Virus record (IMG/VR): IMGVR_UViG_3300020029_000033
Location: 1-6,276 of that record
From: a virus
DNA: 6,276 nucleotides
Reading direction: 5' to 3' (one strand)
Shown: piece after piece, positions 1 to 6,023 of the stretch
How the letters are laid out: every line of letters starts with the position of its first letter
Numbering within the stretch: the first letter of the stretch is position 1
Notes under the pieces: model-generated
Databases searched by the model: none
Told to the model about the DNA's origin: nothing
What the model saw: the letters and a program-made list of their open reading frames with translations, nothing else
Program-made: the position numbers and the translations under genes

Positions 1-121
1 GTCTGACAATGCCGGGATACAACACAGTTAAATCGTTCCTCATCTGTCATACCGTCCATCACAGTAGATTGAGTAGGATGCATCTGGGCAAGGATATTAT
101 TAACGTTCATATCACCAAGCA
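1..121. repeat. Terminal direct repeat, copy 1 (assembly overlap of a circular genome)
   Basis: Bases 1-121 (gtctgacaatgccggg...atcaccaagca) were compared by eye with 6156-6276 and are identical. This implies a circular unit of 6,155 nt. Confidence 0.95.
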
Positions 122-308
122 AACGACGGTACTTTTCCTGATTCAGAAGAATCTGAGTCATATCACATTGAATCAAATCACCGTCAGGAGTCTCATCATA
201 CATAACCGAATCATAAACAGAAGCCTGATAACACGGATTGCCTTCCTTCAGCTCAGGAACATACGAATTCTTTTCAAAATTCTCATTTTTATACGCAAAA
301 CTTCTCAT
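1..308 (-). CDS. N-terminal part (102 codons plus 2 nt) of a 147-aa wrap-around ORF; internal scaffolding protein (VP3)-like
   Basis: Hand translation of the minus strand from the ATG at 308-306 gives MRSFAYKNENFEKNSYVPELKEGNPCYQASVYDSVMYDETPDGDLIQCDMTQILLNQEKYRRLLGD with no stop. It runs in frame into the Met at position 110 (= 6265 in the second repeat copy). The ATG lies 10 nt downstream of the VP1 stop. The segment QCDMTQILLNQEKY resembles, from memory, the ECDINxIxxKY motif of gokushovirus VP3. Confidence 0.6.
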   Translation of the reverse strand, partial: MRSFAYKNENFEKNSYVPELKEGNPCYQASVYDSVMYDETPDGDLIQCDMTQILLNQEKYRRLLGDMNVNNILAQMHPTQSTVMDGMTDEERFNCVVSRHCQ

Positions 309-318
309 AATCAATACA

Positions 319-2049
319 TTAATAAGGTAAACCATTTCTATCCAAGTTCTGAACAGCATAAACCTGGAAATTGACATTACATAATAACTGGTCATAAGCA
401 ACGGAACAATTAGTACCGGAAACTTGAGGCTCAAAAATAGAGTTCAATTGTTGAGGACGAATTTTCATTGACTGATAAGACCAAGCACCAGAAGAAGTAA
501 GAACATCCCAACCATCAATAGGAGCAGACCAAGACTGATATGCCATACCAGAACGGAACGCAGCATGAACAGTATCAATATTAGACTTCCATTGCCAGTA
601 GCGGAGATTATAACCGATAGACCCAGAAACAGAACGAGACGGGTTGTTATGAAGATTCAGAGCAGGGACAGGCTGCATACCTAACTGGTCGAACGCAGGT
701 TGGGGGAAGTCAGTAATAGCCGTAACAGTCAATTGAGGATTCTGTCCAGTCAGATTCCAATCAACCATAGGAACTGCATGATAAACACACATAATCACCT
801 GATGCTCAGCGCCACAATCATAAGTTAATGTATGTCCAGACTGAGAACCAACACCTTTACCAGCGATAGAAGCCTGAGAATCATTGGTGTCCAAGTTGGT
901 ATTCACAACTTCATTGATATTGATTACATTAGACCAACCACCAATATAATGAGAATGATTACCCATGTATTCAGGGGCTTTAATACCAAATTGGGCAGCC
1001 ATCTGGTCTGAATAGTCCTTACTAGAGAACTGAACTACTTCTTTCCAACGCTGGAGGTATTCCGTTGCACGAATTGAGAGGGCGGAAAGGTCAGAATTAA
1101 GCTGAACAGCACGTTGAGAGGTGAACGTACCAGAGGCGATAACAGAATTAGACTCTTTAGGATTAACGACATAGTCCACATTAGGATTACCAACAGCAAC
1201 AATAGAGTTAGAGGAACCTTGAGGATTAAAAACACCCGGTAAAGCAGCAACCGAACCATACTGGCTATTCGGAAGCATACCCATAAAATAATCTTTCGGG
1301 TAATTGGCATAACGAAGCTGGAGCATCTCAGGAGCGAGATTCAATTGAGACTTTCCGTCCCAATAATCAACATTGTAAGAATAAGCCAAGTGTTTTTCCC
1401 ATTGAGATTCAGAAAAGAAATCATAATAAATCTTCTGATAAGCCAACAACGGAAGAAGATTCACAGTCTGACTAACGCTATAAACCAAAGGATTATCAAC
1501 ATCAAGAATTTCATTTTCGCTTAAACCTAAGTAAGCCTTAGTAATAGCATATTTAGCAGTATTCGAAGACGCAAGGAAAGAACCATATCCAAGCATATCT
1601 AATACCTTAGAAGCACCATAGACATAAGGAAGACCAGCATCATCGAAAACATCATTACCATTAATCGTCTGAAGACTCAATGACAACAAGTTCAACGTTG
1701 TATTCGGGACAGAAGTCAACATCTCGGCGTTAGCAGTGTTACTAGCAGCAGCTGTCATATAATCCGTCATCTGAGTAAACGCTTGCGGCAGCGCGCGAGA
1801 AATCAAGCGTAACGGCACAGCGTAAAAGTCATAATACTCTTTAATACGGGTATATGCAGCCGTATTGACGGGAACAGTACGGGTAAACCAATCGGAAGAA
1901 ATACGATACTTGTTACCAGGAATAGCAATCTGCCAATAACAAGGAAGGATTTCTCCAACTTTTGCCGTAAAAAGTTTTTTACTAGACAAGTCAAAGGAAG
2001 AGCGATGAACGGCAACTTTCGCTCGGTCTAGCGGATTAAAATCACTCAT
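319..2049 (-). CDS. VP1: Major capsid protein (Microviridae VP1 / F-like)
   Basis: The ORF is 576 aa. The N-terminal segment HRSSFDLSSKKLFTAKVGEILPCYWQIAIPGNKYRIS matches the conserved microvirus capsid N-terminal pattern (R..FDLS....T...G.L.P......lPGd...i). Size and position immediately after Rep are typical. Confidence 0.93.
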   Translation of the reverse strand: MSDFNPLDRAKVAVHRSSFDLSSKKLFTAKVGEILPCYWQIAIPGNKYRISSDWFTRTVPVNTAAYTRIKEYYDFYAVPLRLISRALPQAFTQMTDYMTAAASNTANAEMLTSVPNTTLNLLSLSLQTINGNDVFDDAGLPYVYGASKVLDMLGYGSFLASSNTAKYAITKAYLGLSENEILDVDNPLVYSVSQTVNLLPLLAYQKIYYDFFSESQWEKHLAYSYNVDYWDGKSQLNLAPEMLQLRYANYPKDYFMGMLPNSQYGSVAALPGVFNPQGSSNSIVAVGNPNVDYVVNPKESNSVIASGTFTSQRAVQLNSDLSALSIRATEYLQRWKEVVQFSSKDYSDQMAAQFGIKAPEYMGNHSHYIGGWSNVININEVVNTNLDTNDSQASIAGKGVGSQSGHTLTYDCGAEHQVIMCVYHAVPMVDWNLTGQNPQLTVTAITDFPQPAFDQLGMQPVPALNLHNNPSRSVSGSIGYNLRYWQWKSNIDTVHAAFRSGMAYQSWSAPIDGWDVLTSSGAWSYQSMKIRPQQLNSIFEPQVSGTNCSVAYDQLLCNVNFQVYAVQNLDRNGLPY

Positions 2050-2065
2050 AATTAATTAATTTAAA

Positions 2066-3886
2066 TTAGACCATACGGTTAAATATATCATTAGCATCAT
2101 TCAATTTCTTATGCTTAATCATATCGCGGCAGAAGGTAGCAGCACGGAAATCAAGACACCGTTGTAAGTCGCTACTTTGCCCACTATCATAGGTACTTCT
2201 TGTATCGGGTTTCGCGGATTTGATGTAATTACAAGCCGCGAGAGATGGGATTCTGGGATCATCAAACGGAACGTATATCTGTTTTTTAATGGGACGAATA
2301 AATCCGTCTGCATATTCTCCGTCTTCTCCGATACCAATGGACGCCATTTCGCATCCCTCGGCTGGTACATAGAAATACCGAAGCATAGGGGCTGGCAAAG
2401 TCTGTTGTATTCGCAACGAATCACACATTCGTACATAGTCCGCTTTCTTTTCATATTCTATTCCGGTTTTGATGATAAAATTAATACGATTGGCATAAGA
2501 ATCAAGATTGCCACCGATGGGAGGCAAATGCCAATTTCTGAGAAACTTACTGACATAAAGGAATAGCCGATATAATTTATTAATATAAGATTCAATATCG
2601 ACATCAGAAGAACTGTTACAGAGCCTAGTAAGGCACCGAGCATTGTGTAATATAATTTCGTCTTCATTGGTTAGATGATGATTCAATGTAAGATACTGAT
2701 AATAAGCGCGAACAATAGAAAGGATAGAATCGGAATCATAATCTATAATACCGAACCTTGCCATTCTTTTTGGCGCGCTTGCAACAGCTCGAATAATTCT
2801 AGCAATCGAAACAGCATCATCATAGCGAGCACTTGAGAATCGGGGGAGTAAGGTACGGATATACGACACGGGGGGAGTTGATTTAACACTAATCCCGTTG
2901 AAGTTATAGATTCGTCCATTAACGACAGAATCGATCTTTTGTTCAATCGCGTGATAGATGTCTTCACCTTCCTCAAAAACCTCGCCTTTTTCAAAAAATC
3001 CAATAGACGCTCTCTGGCAGGGTCTAAACGCGCGGCATGATCTATATAATAGGGGAGCAGAACTAAGGCTGTTAACGTAACTCGCAACGTACGATGCAGC
3101 TCCACCGCGGGAAGTCTGGAAATCTGAACGACCGAGCTTCCAACTCTTATCATGACACTGTCGTAATACCTTTGAGACTTCTTTCGAGTTCGTGAATAAT
3201 AAGATATGATAATGCGGGCGGAAACGAAATGGTCCGTATTCACCCACAGCGTAGAAATGTAACGTTTCATAAGAACCTAAAGCCGTTTTTAAATGTTTAC
3301 GTAATCGTTTAATATAGTTCTGAACATCGACATAATTCAGAAAAGGAATAAGATTATCCCCGTATCTAACGGAAAGCTCTCCCTCTTTACCGTAAGGTGT
3401 AGCAGATTTCGTCTTAGCGATAAAAGAGCGAATAGCATCCATAGAAAGAAACCAATTATCTTTAACCGATTCATATTGACCTAATTCACGGTTATACGGA
3501 ACTGTACCCTGTACTTGTGTAAAGTATATATGTCGCAATTGTTGTGGATCTGTACAACAATATTCGGATACCGGAACAAACGAATGTTTTTCATAACCAT
3601 AAACAACGCCAGAATCACTTAAAACATCGTCGTATTCAGAATGATACACCTCACAATTAAACAACGGAATGTGCTCGTTATCATAAGTAAGCGTAACAAA
3701 CCAACAATGTTCAAAGGCACTTCCAGCGGTATTCACACGCATGGACGCCTTTTGAGCTCGCTTGTATATACAATAGTCACATTGACCGCAATCTACAGCG
3801 ATACGCTTACCTGTATATCTGTTGGTAATGAAAGAGCGATGCTGACAATGATCAGCAGCTTTAAGTAACTCCGGCGTATATTTCAT
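2066..3886 (-). CDS. VP4: Rolling-circle replication initiation protein (Microviridae VP4 / gpA-like HUH endonuclease)
   Basis: The ORF is 606 aa. RCR motif 1 is FVTLTY (nt 3683-3700). The HUH motif is HYHILLF (nt 3194-3214). The catalytic double-Tyr motif is YVASYV (nt 3074-3091; compare phiX174 gpA YVAKY). All three were verified by hand translation. An N-terminal Cys/His cluster C14-x-H16...C33-x2-C36-x2-C39 lies at nt 3770-3847. Confidence 0.93.
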   Translation of the reverse strand: MKYTPELLKAADHCQHRSFITNRYTGKRIAVDCGQCDYCIYKRAQKASMRVNTAGSAFEHCWFVTLTYDNEHIPLFNCEVYHSEYDDVLSDSGVVYGYEKHSFVPVSEYCCTDPQQLRHIYFTQVQGTVPYNRELGQYESVKDNWFLSMDAIRSFIAKTKSATPYGKEGELSVRYGDNLIPFLNYVDVQNYIKRLRKHLKTALGSYETLHFYAVGEYGPFRFRPHYHILLFTNSKEVSKVLRQCHDKSWKLGRSDFQTSRGGAASYVASYVNSLSSAPLLYRSCRAFRPCQRASIGFFEKGEVFEEGEDIYHAIEQKIDSVVNGRIYNFNGISVKSTPPVSYIRTLLPRFSSARYDDAVSIARIIRAVASAPKRMARFGIIDYDSDSILSIVRAYYQYLTLNHHLTNEDEIILHNARCLTRLCNSSSDVDIESYINKLYRLFLYVSKFLRNWHLPPIGGNLDSYANRINFIIKTGIEYEKKADYVRMCDSLRIQQTLPAPMLRYFYVPAEGCEMASIGIGEDGEYADGFIRPIKKQIYVPFDDPRIPSLAACNYIKSAKPDTRSTYDSGQSSDLQRCLDFRAATFCRDMIKHKKLNDANDIFNRMV

Positions 3887-3891
3887 AATTA

Positions 3892-4197
3892 TTATCTTTT
3901 ATCAATCACTTGGCGACGATCACGTGAACCAAATGAAACATGAATAAAATTAGGATAAATAATAAGTTGGTCAAAAGGAGAAAAACGATCAGAATAATCA
4001 TAGATCATCTCAAGCAACTTACTAAAACTAGTAGAGCCATAAGGCTTGATATCAATAGCTTCACCCATCAGATGTTGAGAATTAGGAGCGCCATTACAAG
4101 CCTTATTCTGTTCGGGAGTGCGACGTGCACTAGTTACTGTAAAATGAGTATTAGAAAGCAACAAATACTCCAGAAAACGCATAAGGAATAAATTCAT
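3892..4197 (-). CDS. Zinc peptidase, LAS-fold / peptidase M15 family (D-Ala-D-Ala carboxypeptidase-like); putative peptidoglycan hydrolase (endolysin)
   Basis: The ORF is 101 aa. TSARRTPEQNKACNGAPNSQHLMGEAIDI contains the canonical SxHxxGxAxD motif (S40, H42, G45, A47, D49; nt 4051-4080). A distal His86 sits in FIHVS (nt 3940-3942). Together these give the three expected Zn ligands H/D/H. The protein is the catalytic domain only, with no wall-binding domain. Confidence 0.82.
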   Translation of the reverse strand: MNLFLMRFLEYLLLSNTHFTVTSARRTPEQNKACNGAPNSQHLMGEAIDIKPYGSTSFSKLLEMIYDYSDRFSPFDQLIIYPNFIHVSFGSRDRRQVIDKR

Positions 4198-4277
4198 AAT
4201 CCAATAGCATTAAGAATGTAACCAAGAGCAGCAGAAATAGCACCAATTACGATTTTCCAAATATTATTACTTTTCAT
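4194..4277 (-). CDS. Small single-pass transmembrane peptide (27 aa), candidate holin-like/lysis accessory protein
   Basis: The sequence MKSNNIWKIVIGAISAALGYILNAIGL has a polar N-terminus followed by a 22-residue hydrophobic helix. Its TGA (4196-4194) overlaps the peptidase ATG (4197-4195) as ATGA. It fills the otherwise non-coding 73 nt between ORF64 and the peptidase. It is the C-terminal part of the 74-aa track ORF 4194..4418. Confidence 0.4.
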   Translation of the reverse strand: MKSNNIWKIVIGAISAALGYILNAIGL

Positions 4278-4461
4278 CAGATTGAGATTTAAGTTCAACG
4301 AAATCATTTTCTTCTTTAATTGAATCCACAATAACAATAAGACCCAACGGAGAAACTCGCTCAGAATAATTTCCAAGACCATCCAAAGAATTGACAATAT
4401 AAGGCGGCATAACATCACGACCAGTTTGTTTTTCTTTAAGGGAAATAATAAATTTTTGCAT
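4267..4461 (-). CDS. Hypothetical protein, 64 aa, acidic C-terminus
   Basis: This is the first ORF after the intergenic region, and its amino-acid composition is protein-like. It lies in a genome with almost no non-coding DNA. I recognise no motif in it. Confidence 0.5.
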   Translation of the reverse strand: MQKFIISLKEKQTGRDVMPPYIVNSLDGLGNYSERVSPLGLIVIVDSIKEENDFVELKSQSDEK

Positions 4462-4512
4462 AATTTTAAAATTTTTAATGTTAATAATTTAATGAGTTGG
4501 TTTCTACAGGGG

Positions 4513-4543
4513 CAAAGGAAAACATTATTTTTGAATAAACAAA
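4513..4543 (-). promoter_or_regulatory. Candidate Bacteroides-type promoter (-33 TTTG / -7 TAnnTTTG-like) for ORF64 and the downstream genes
   Basis: On the minus strand, TTTG (4543->4540) is followed by 19 nt and then TTCCTTTG (4520->4513). This differs by one mismatch from TAnnTTTG at the expected 19-21 nt spacing. The implied leader to the ATG at 4461 is about 45 nt. Confidence 0.3.
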
Positions 4544-4597
4544 ATATTTCGGAGTTTTTTTATTCTACAGTTGGGGTGTGAGTTGTGCGTTTATGGA

Positions 4598-4632
4598 CAA
4601 GAAAAGGCGAAATTGAGATGATAACTCAATTT
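4598..4632 (-). terminator. Candidate intrinsic terminator / hairpin
   Basis: A perfect 8-bp stem joins AAATTGAG (4610-4617) and CTCAATTT (4625-4632) around a 7-nt loop. In the minus sense it is followed by CGCCTTTTCTTG (4609->4598). It sits between the VP2 stop and the candidate promoter. Confidence 0.3.
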
Positions 4633-4669
4633 TCCTCCGGACACAACTAGGGGCTCCGCTTGAATGACA

Positions 4670-4718
4670 TAGGTGTATAGGCACGGCAAGTCAAGTCTGT
4701 CTTGCCTTTGCGCACCTA
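4670..4718. other. Long imperfect hairpin (about 15 bp in three helical segments)
   Basis: TAGGTG (4670-4675) pairs with CACCTA (4713-4718). GCA (4681-4683) pairs with TGC (4709-4711). GGCAAG (4685-4690) pairs with CTTGCC (4701-4706), enclosing a 10-nt loop. Confidence 0.5.
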
Positions 4719-4720
4719 CG

Positions 4721-4747
4721 TGCTAAAATACCGGAGCGGGGCGCTCC
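4721..4747 (-). terminator. GC hairpin followed by a T-tract, terminator-like
   Basis: GGAGCG (4733-4738) pairs with CGCTCC (4742-4747) around a 3-nt loop. In the minus sense the hairpin is followed by GGTATTTTAGC. Its arms have competing partners elsewhere in the island. Confidence 0.25.
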
Positions 4748-4805
4748 TATAAGGAAGTCGCTCCGCTCCATTTTTCGACCAGGCCCTATGCGGGCGGCAG
4801 GTGTA

Positions 4806-4826
4806 TATCGCTCAAACGCCGCGATA
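4806..4826. other. Hairpin
   Basis: TATCGC (4806-4811) pairs with GCGATA (4821-4826) around a 9-nt loop. An overlapping alternative pairs GCGGC (4794-4798) with GCCGC (4818-4822). Confidence 0.3.
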
Positions 4827-4856
4827 GGCTTCTAGTCCTGAAGTATGTACTAACAG

Positions 4857-6023
4857 CTAATAACCAATACCATTAGAACTATTATAAATAGTAGTATTAC
4901 GAGGACCGTAATCATTACGGAAAATCTGAGCACCGGGGCGCATAGATCCGATAACATTACCAGCACCAGAAGCAATACGAGATGTATAATCTATAGCATT
5001 ACGAAGGCCGTAGGATTCAAAATCCTTCTTGGCATTTCCAGCAGACCACTTATAATAGTCGCGCAAGGCCTTATCCTTAGAATACTGCATATTCTTACGA
5101 TTATTGACGTTCTTATAATCCCAAAGAGAATCATAATACTGTGTATAGTAAGCCATATTAGTAGCACTTATAAGAGCATCAGCAGTACCAGCAGCTATCT
5201 TATTAGTAATCTTCTGTCCTTGCGCCTGAGCAGCTATCAGGATTGCACGTTGAATTTCAGTTCGAATCTGTTTCTCAGTTAAAGCTCCTTGTTGTACAAG
5301 GTTATAAAGATACTGGGCTTTTGTAAACAGATCTGCTTGCTGCTGGGCATCCATATACTTATTCATAATAGCTTGAGCATCAGACTGTAAATAGACCTGG
5401 GTCGTTTGAGCGGCAGAAAGCTTACCAGCAGTAACAGCGTTCTCTAATTGTTGACGCTCCATAGATTGGTCTAATTCAGCAGAAATACGACCTGTGTCCT
5501 TATTCCAATAACCAGATTGACCAACACCAATATTCTTATAATTAGTATCGCCTAAAATCCTATTTACCAAATAAGGAGTAAGAGTCTCTATCTGTTTAGA
5601 TTCAGAAAGAGCCTTTTTGGCTTGAGCAAACGAAGCCAAAGCAGTATCCACAGTTGAAAGGTCCGGATGAAAAGCCTGGTACGGAATAGGACTGACAGCA
5701 GAAGCTTGAGCACCAGAAGGTGAAGAACCCGAACCAGCACCAGTCTGAGCAGCAGAACCAGACATAAAAGGATTCAAACCACGAGCAATCATAGCTTCAG
5801 GAGAATTATATTCTCGCGACTCATCAACCATTTTTTCTTGCCAATCACGCTGCTTCTGGGCTTCCAGCATATTAAACTTATTAGTAGTCTGAGTATTGCG
5901 ATAATTAGCACGATTAGCGCTAGACTGTTGCAATGTACCGAAGATACCACCAATAGCAGCACCAAGGAAATGATGTTCATTTCTAGGAGAGAGCAGGCTC
6001 TCTCCAACTTCTAGAAACCTCAT
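4857..6023 (-). CDS. VP2: Minor capsid / DNA pilot protein (Microviridae VP2 / H-like)
   Basis: The ORF is 388 aa. It has a Gly-rich hydrophobic N-terminus (FLGAAIGGIFG). The segment AQKQRDWQEKM...EAMIARGLNPF (nt 5769-5864) matches the remembered VP2 pattern (..R.WqE.Ms......aGLNP). A G/S/A-rich linker is followed by a long Q/A-rich helical region, consistent with a coiled-coil tube. The ATG (6023-6021) overlaps the upstream TGA as ATGA. Confidence 0.85.
   Translation of the reverse strand: MRFLEVGESLLSPRNEHHFLGAAIGGIFGTLQQSSANRANYRNTQTTNKFNMLEAQKQRDWQEKMVDESREYNSPEAMIARGLNPFMSGSAAQTGAGSGSSPSGAQASAVSPIPYQAFHPDLSTVDTALASFAQAKKALSESKQIETLTPYLVNRILGDTNYKNIGVGQSGYWNKDTGRISAELDQSMERQQLENAVTAGKLSAAQTTQVYLQSDAQAIMNKYMDAQQQADLFTKAQYLYNLVQQGALTEKQIRTEIQRAILIAAQAQGQKITNKIAAGTADALISATNMAYYTQYYDSLWDYKNVNNRKNMQYSKDKALRDYYKWSAGNAKKDFESYGLRNAIDYTSRIASGAGNVIGSMRPGAQIFRNDYGPRNTTIYNSSNGIGY

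Larger units (their letters stand above)
4635..4850. other. GC-rich, hairpin-dense island within the single intergenic region
   Basis: Hand GC counts are 34/60 for 4681-4740 and 37/60 for 4741-4800. By comparison, 4441-4500 gives 9/60 and a typical coding line (361-420) gives 22/60. The island contains several stems (see the separate entries). No ORF in the supplied track lies here. Confidence 0.7.

Noticed and set aside
9-374. A plus-strand 121-aa ORF.
   Set aside because: It is antisense to the wrap-around VP3-like ORF and to the VP1 3' end. Its composition is I/L/N/R-rich and low in complexity. It would be the only plus-strand gene in a genome whose other strand is fully coding. It is most likely a shadow ORF.
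1035-2667. Nested minus-strand ORFs 1035..1310, 1803..2015, 2119..2454 and 2458..2667, plus 5789..6007 and 5983..6198 outside this span.
   Set aside because: Each lies in the +1 frame of a well-supported host gene and is rich in Leu, Ile and Arg. The uniform frame relationship points to codon-usage-driven stop depletion rather than genuine overprinted genes.
2177-4191. Plus-strand ORFs 2177..2566, 3641..3868 and 3940..4191.
   Set aside because: All three are antisense to motif-supported CDSs (Rep and the peptidase). Microviridae transcribe one strand only, and none of the three contains a recognisable motif.
4502-4570. The direct repeat TTCTACAG (4502-4509 and 4563-4570) treated as a stand-alone regulatory repeat.
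   Set aside because: An 8-nt repeat within about 400 nt is expected by chance. It is mentioned only as context for the CAACT element.
4691-4771. A 26-codon minus-strand ORF inside the GC island (MERSDFLIGAPRSGILARRCAKARQT), mildly basic and superficially J-protein-like.
   Set aside because: It is very short. GC-rich sequence yields Arg, Ala and Gly codons automatically. Its net charge is far below that of true J proteins. It overlaps the best hairpins. There is no supporting evidence, and it is worth revisiting only if relatives conserve it.
4671-4807. The direct repeat AGGTGTATA (4671-4679 and 4799-4807), and the idea of a dif/Xer-type attP site because of the TGTATA core.
   Set aside because: A single 9-nt repeat within 395 nt has a rough chance expectation of about 0.3. 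Beyond TGTATA(T) there is no match to the XerC/XerD arms of the E. coli dif sequence as I remember it.
4635-4850. A tRNA, a CRISPR mini-array or a small self-cleaving ribozyme in the GC island.
   Set aside because: There is no cloverleaf with a GTTCGA-type T-loop. There are no regularly spaced repeats of 24 nt or more. I found no hammerhead CUGANGA...GAAA core; CUGAAGU at 4837-4843 fails the consensus. A covariance-model scan would be needed to exclude the rarer classes.
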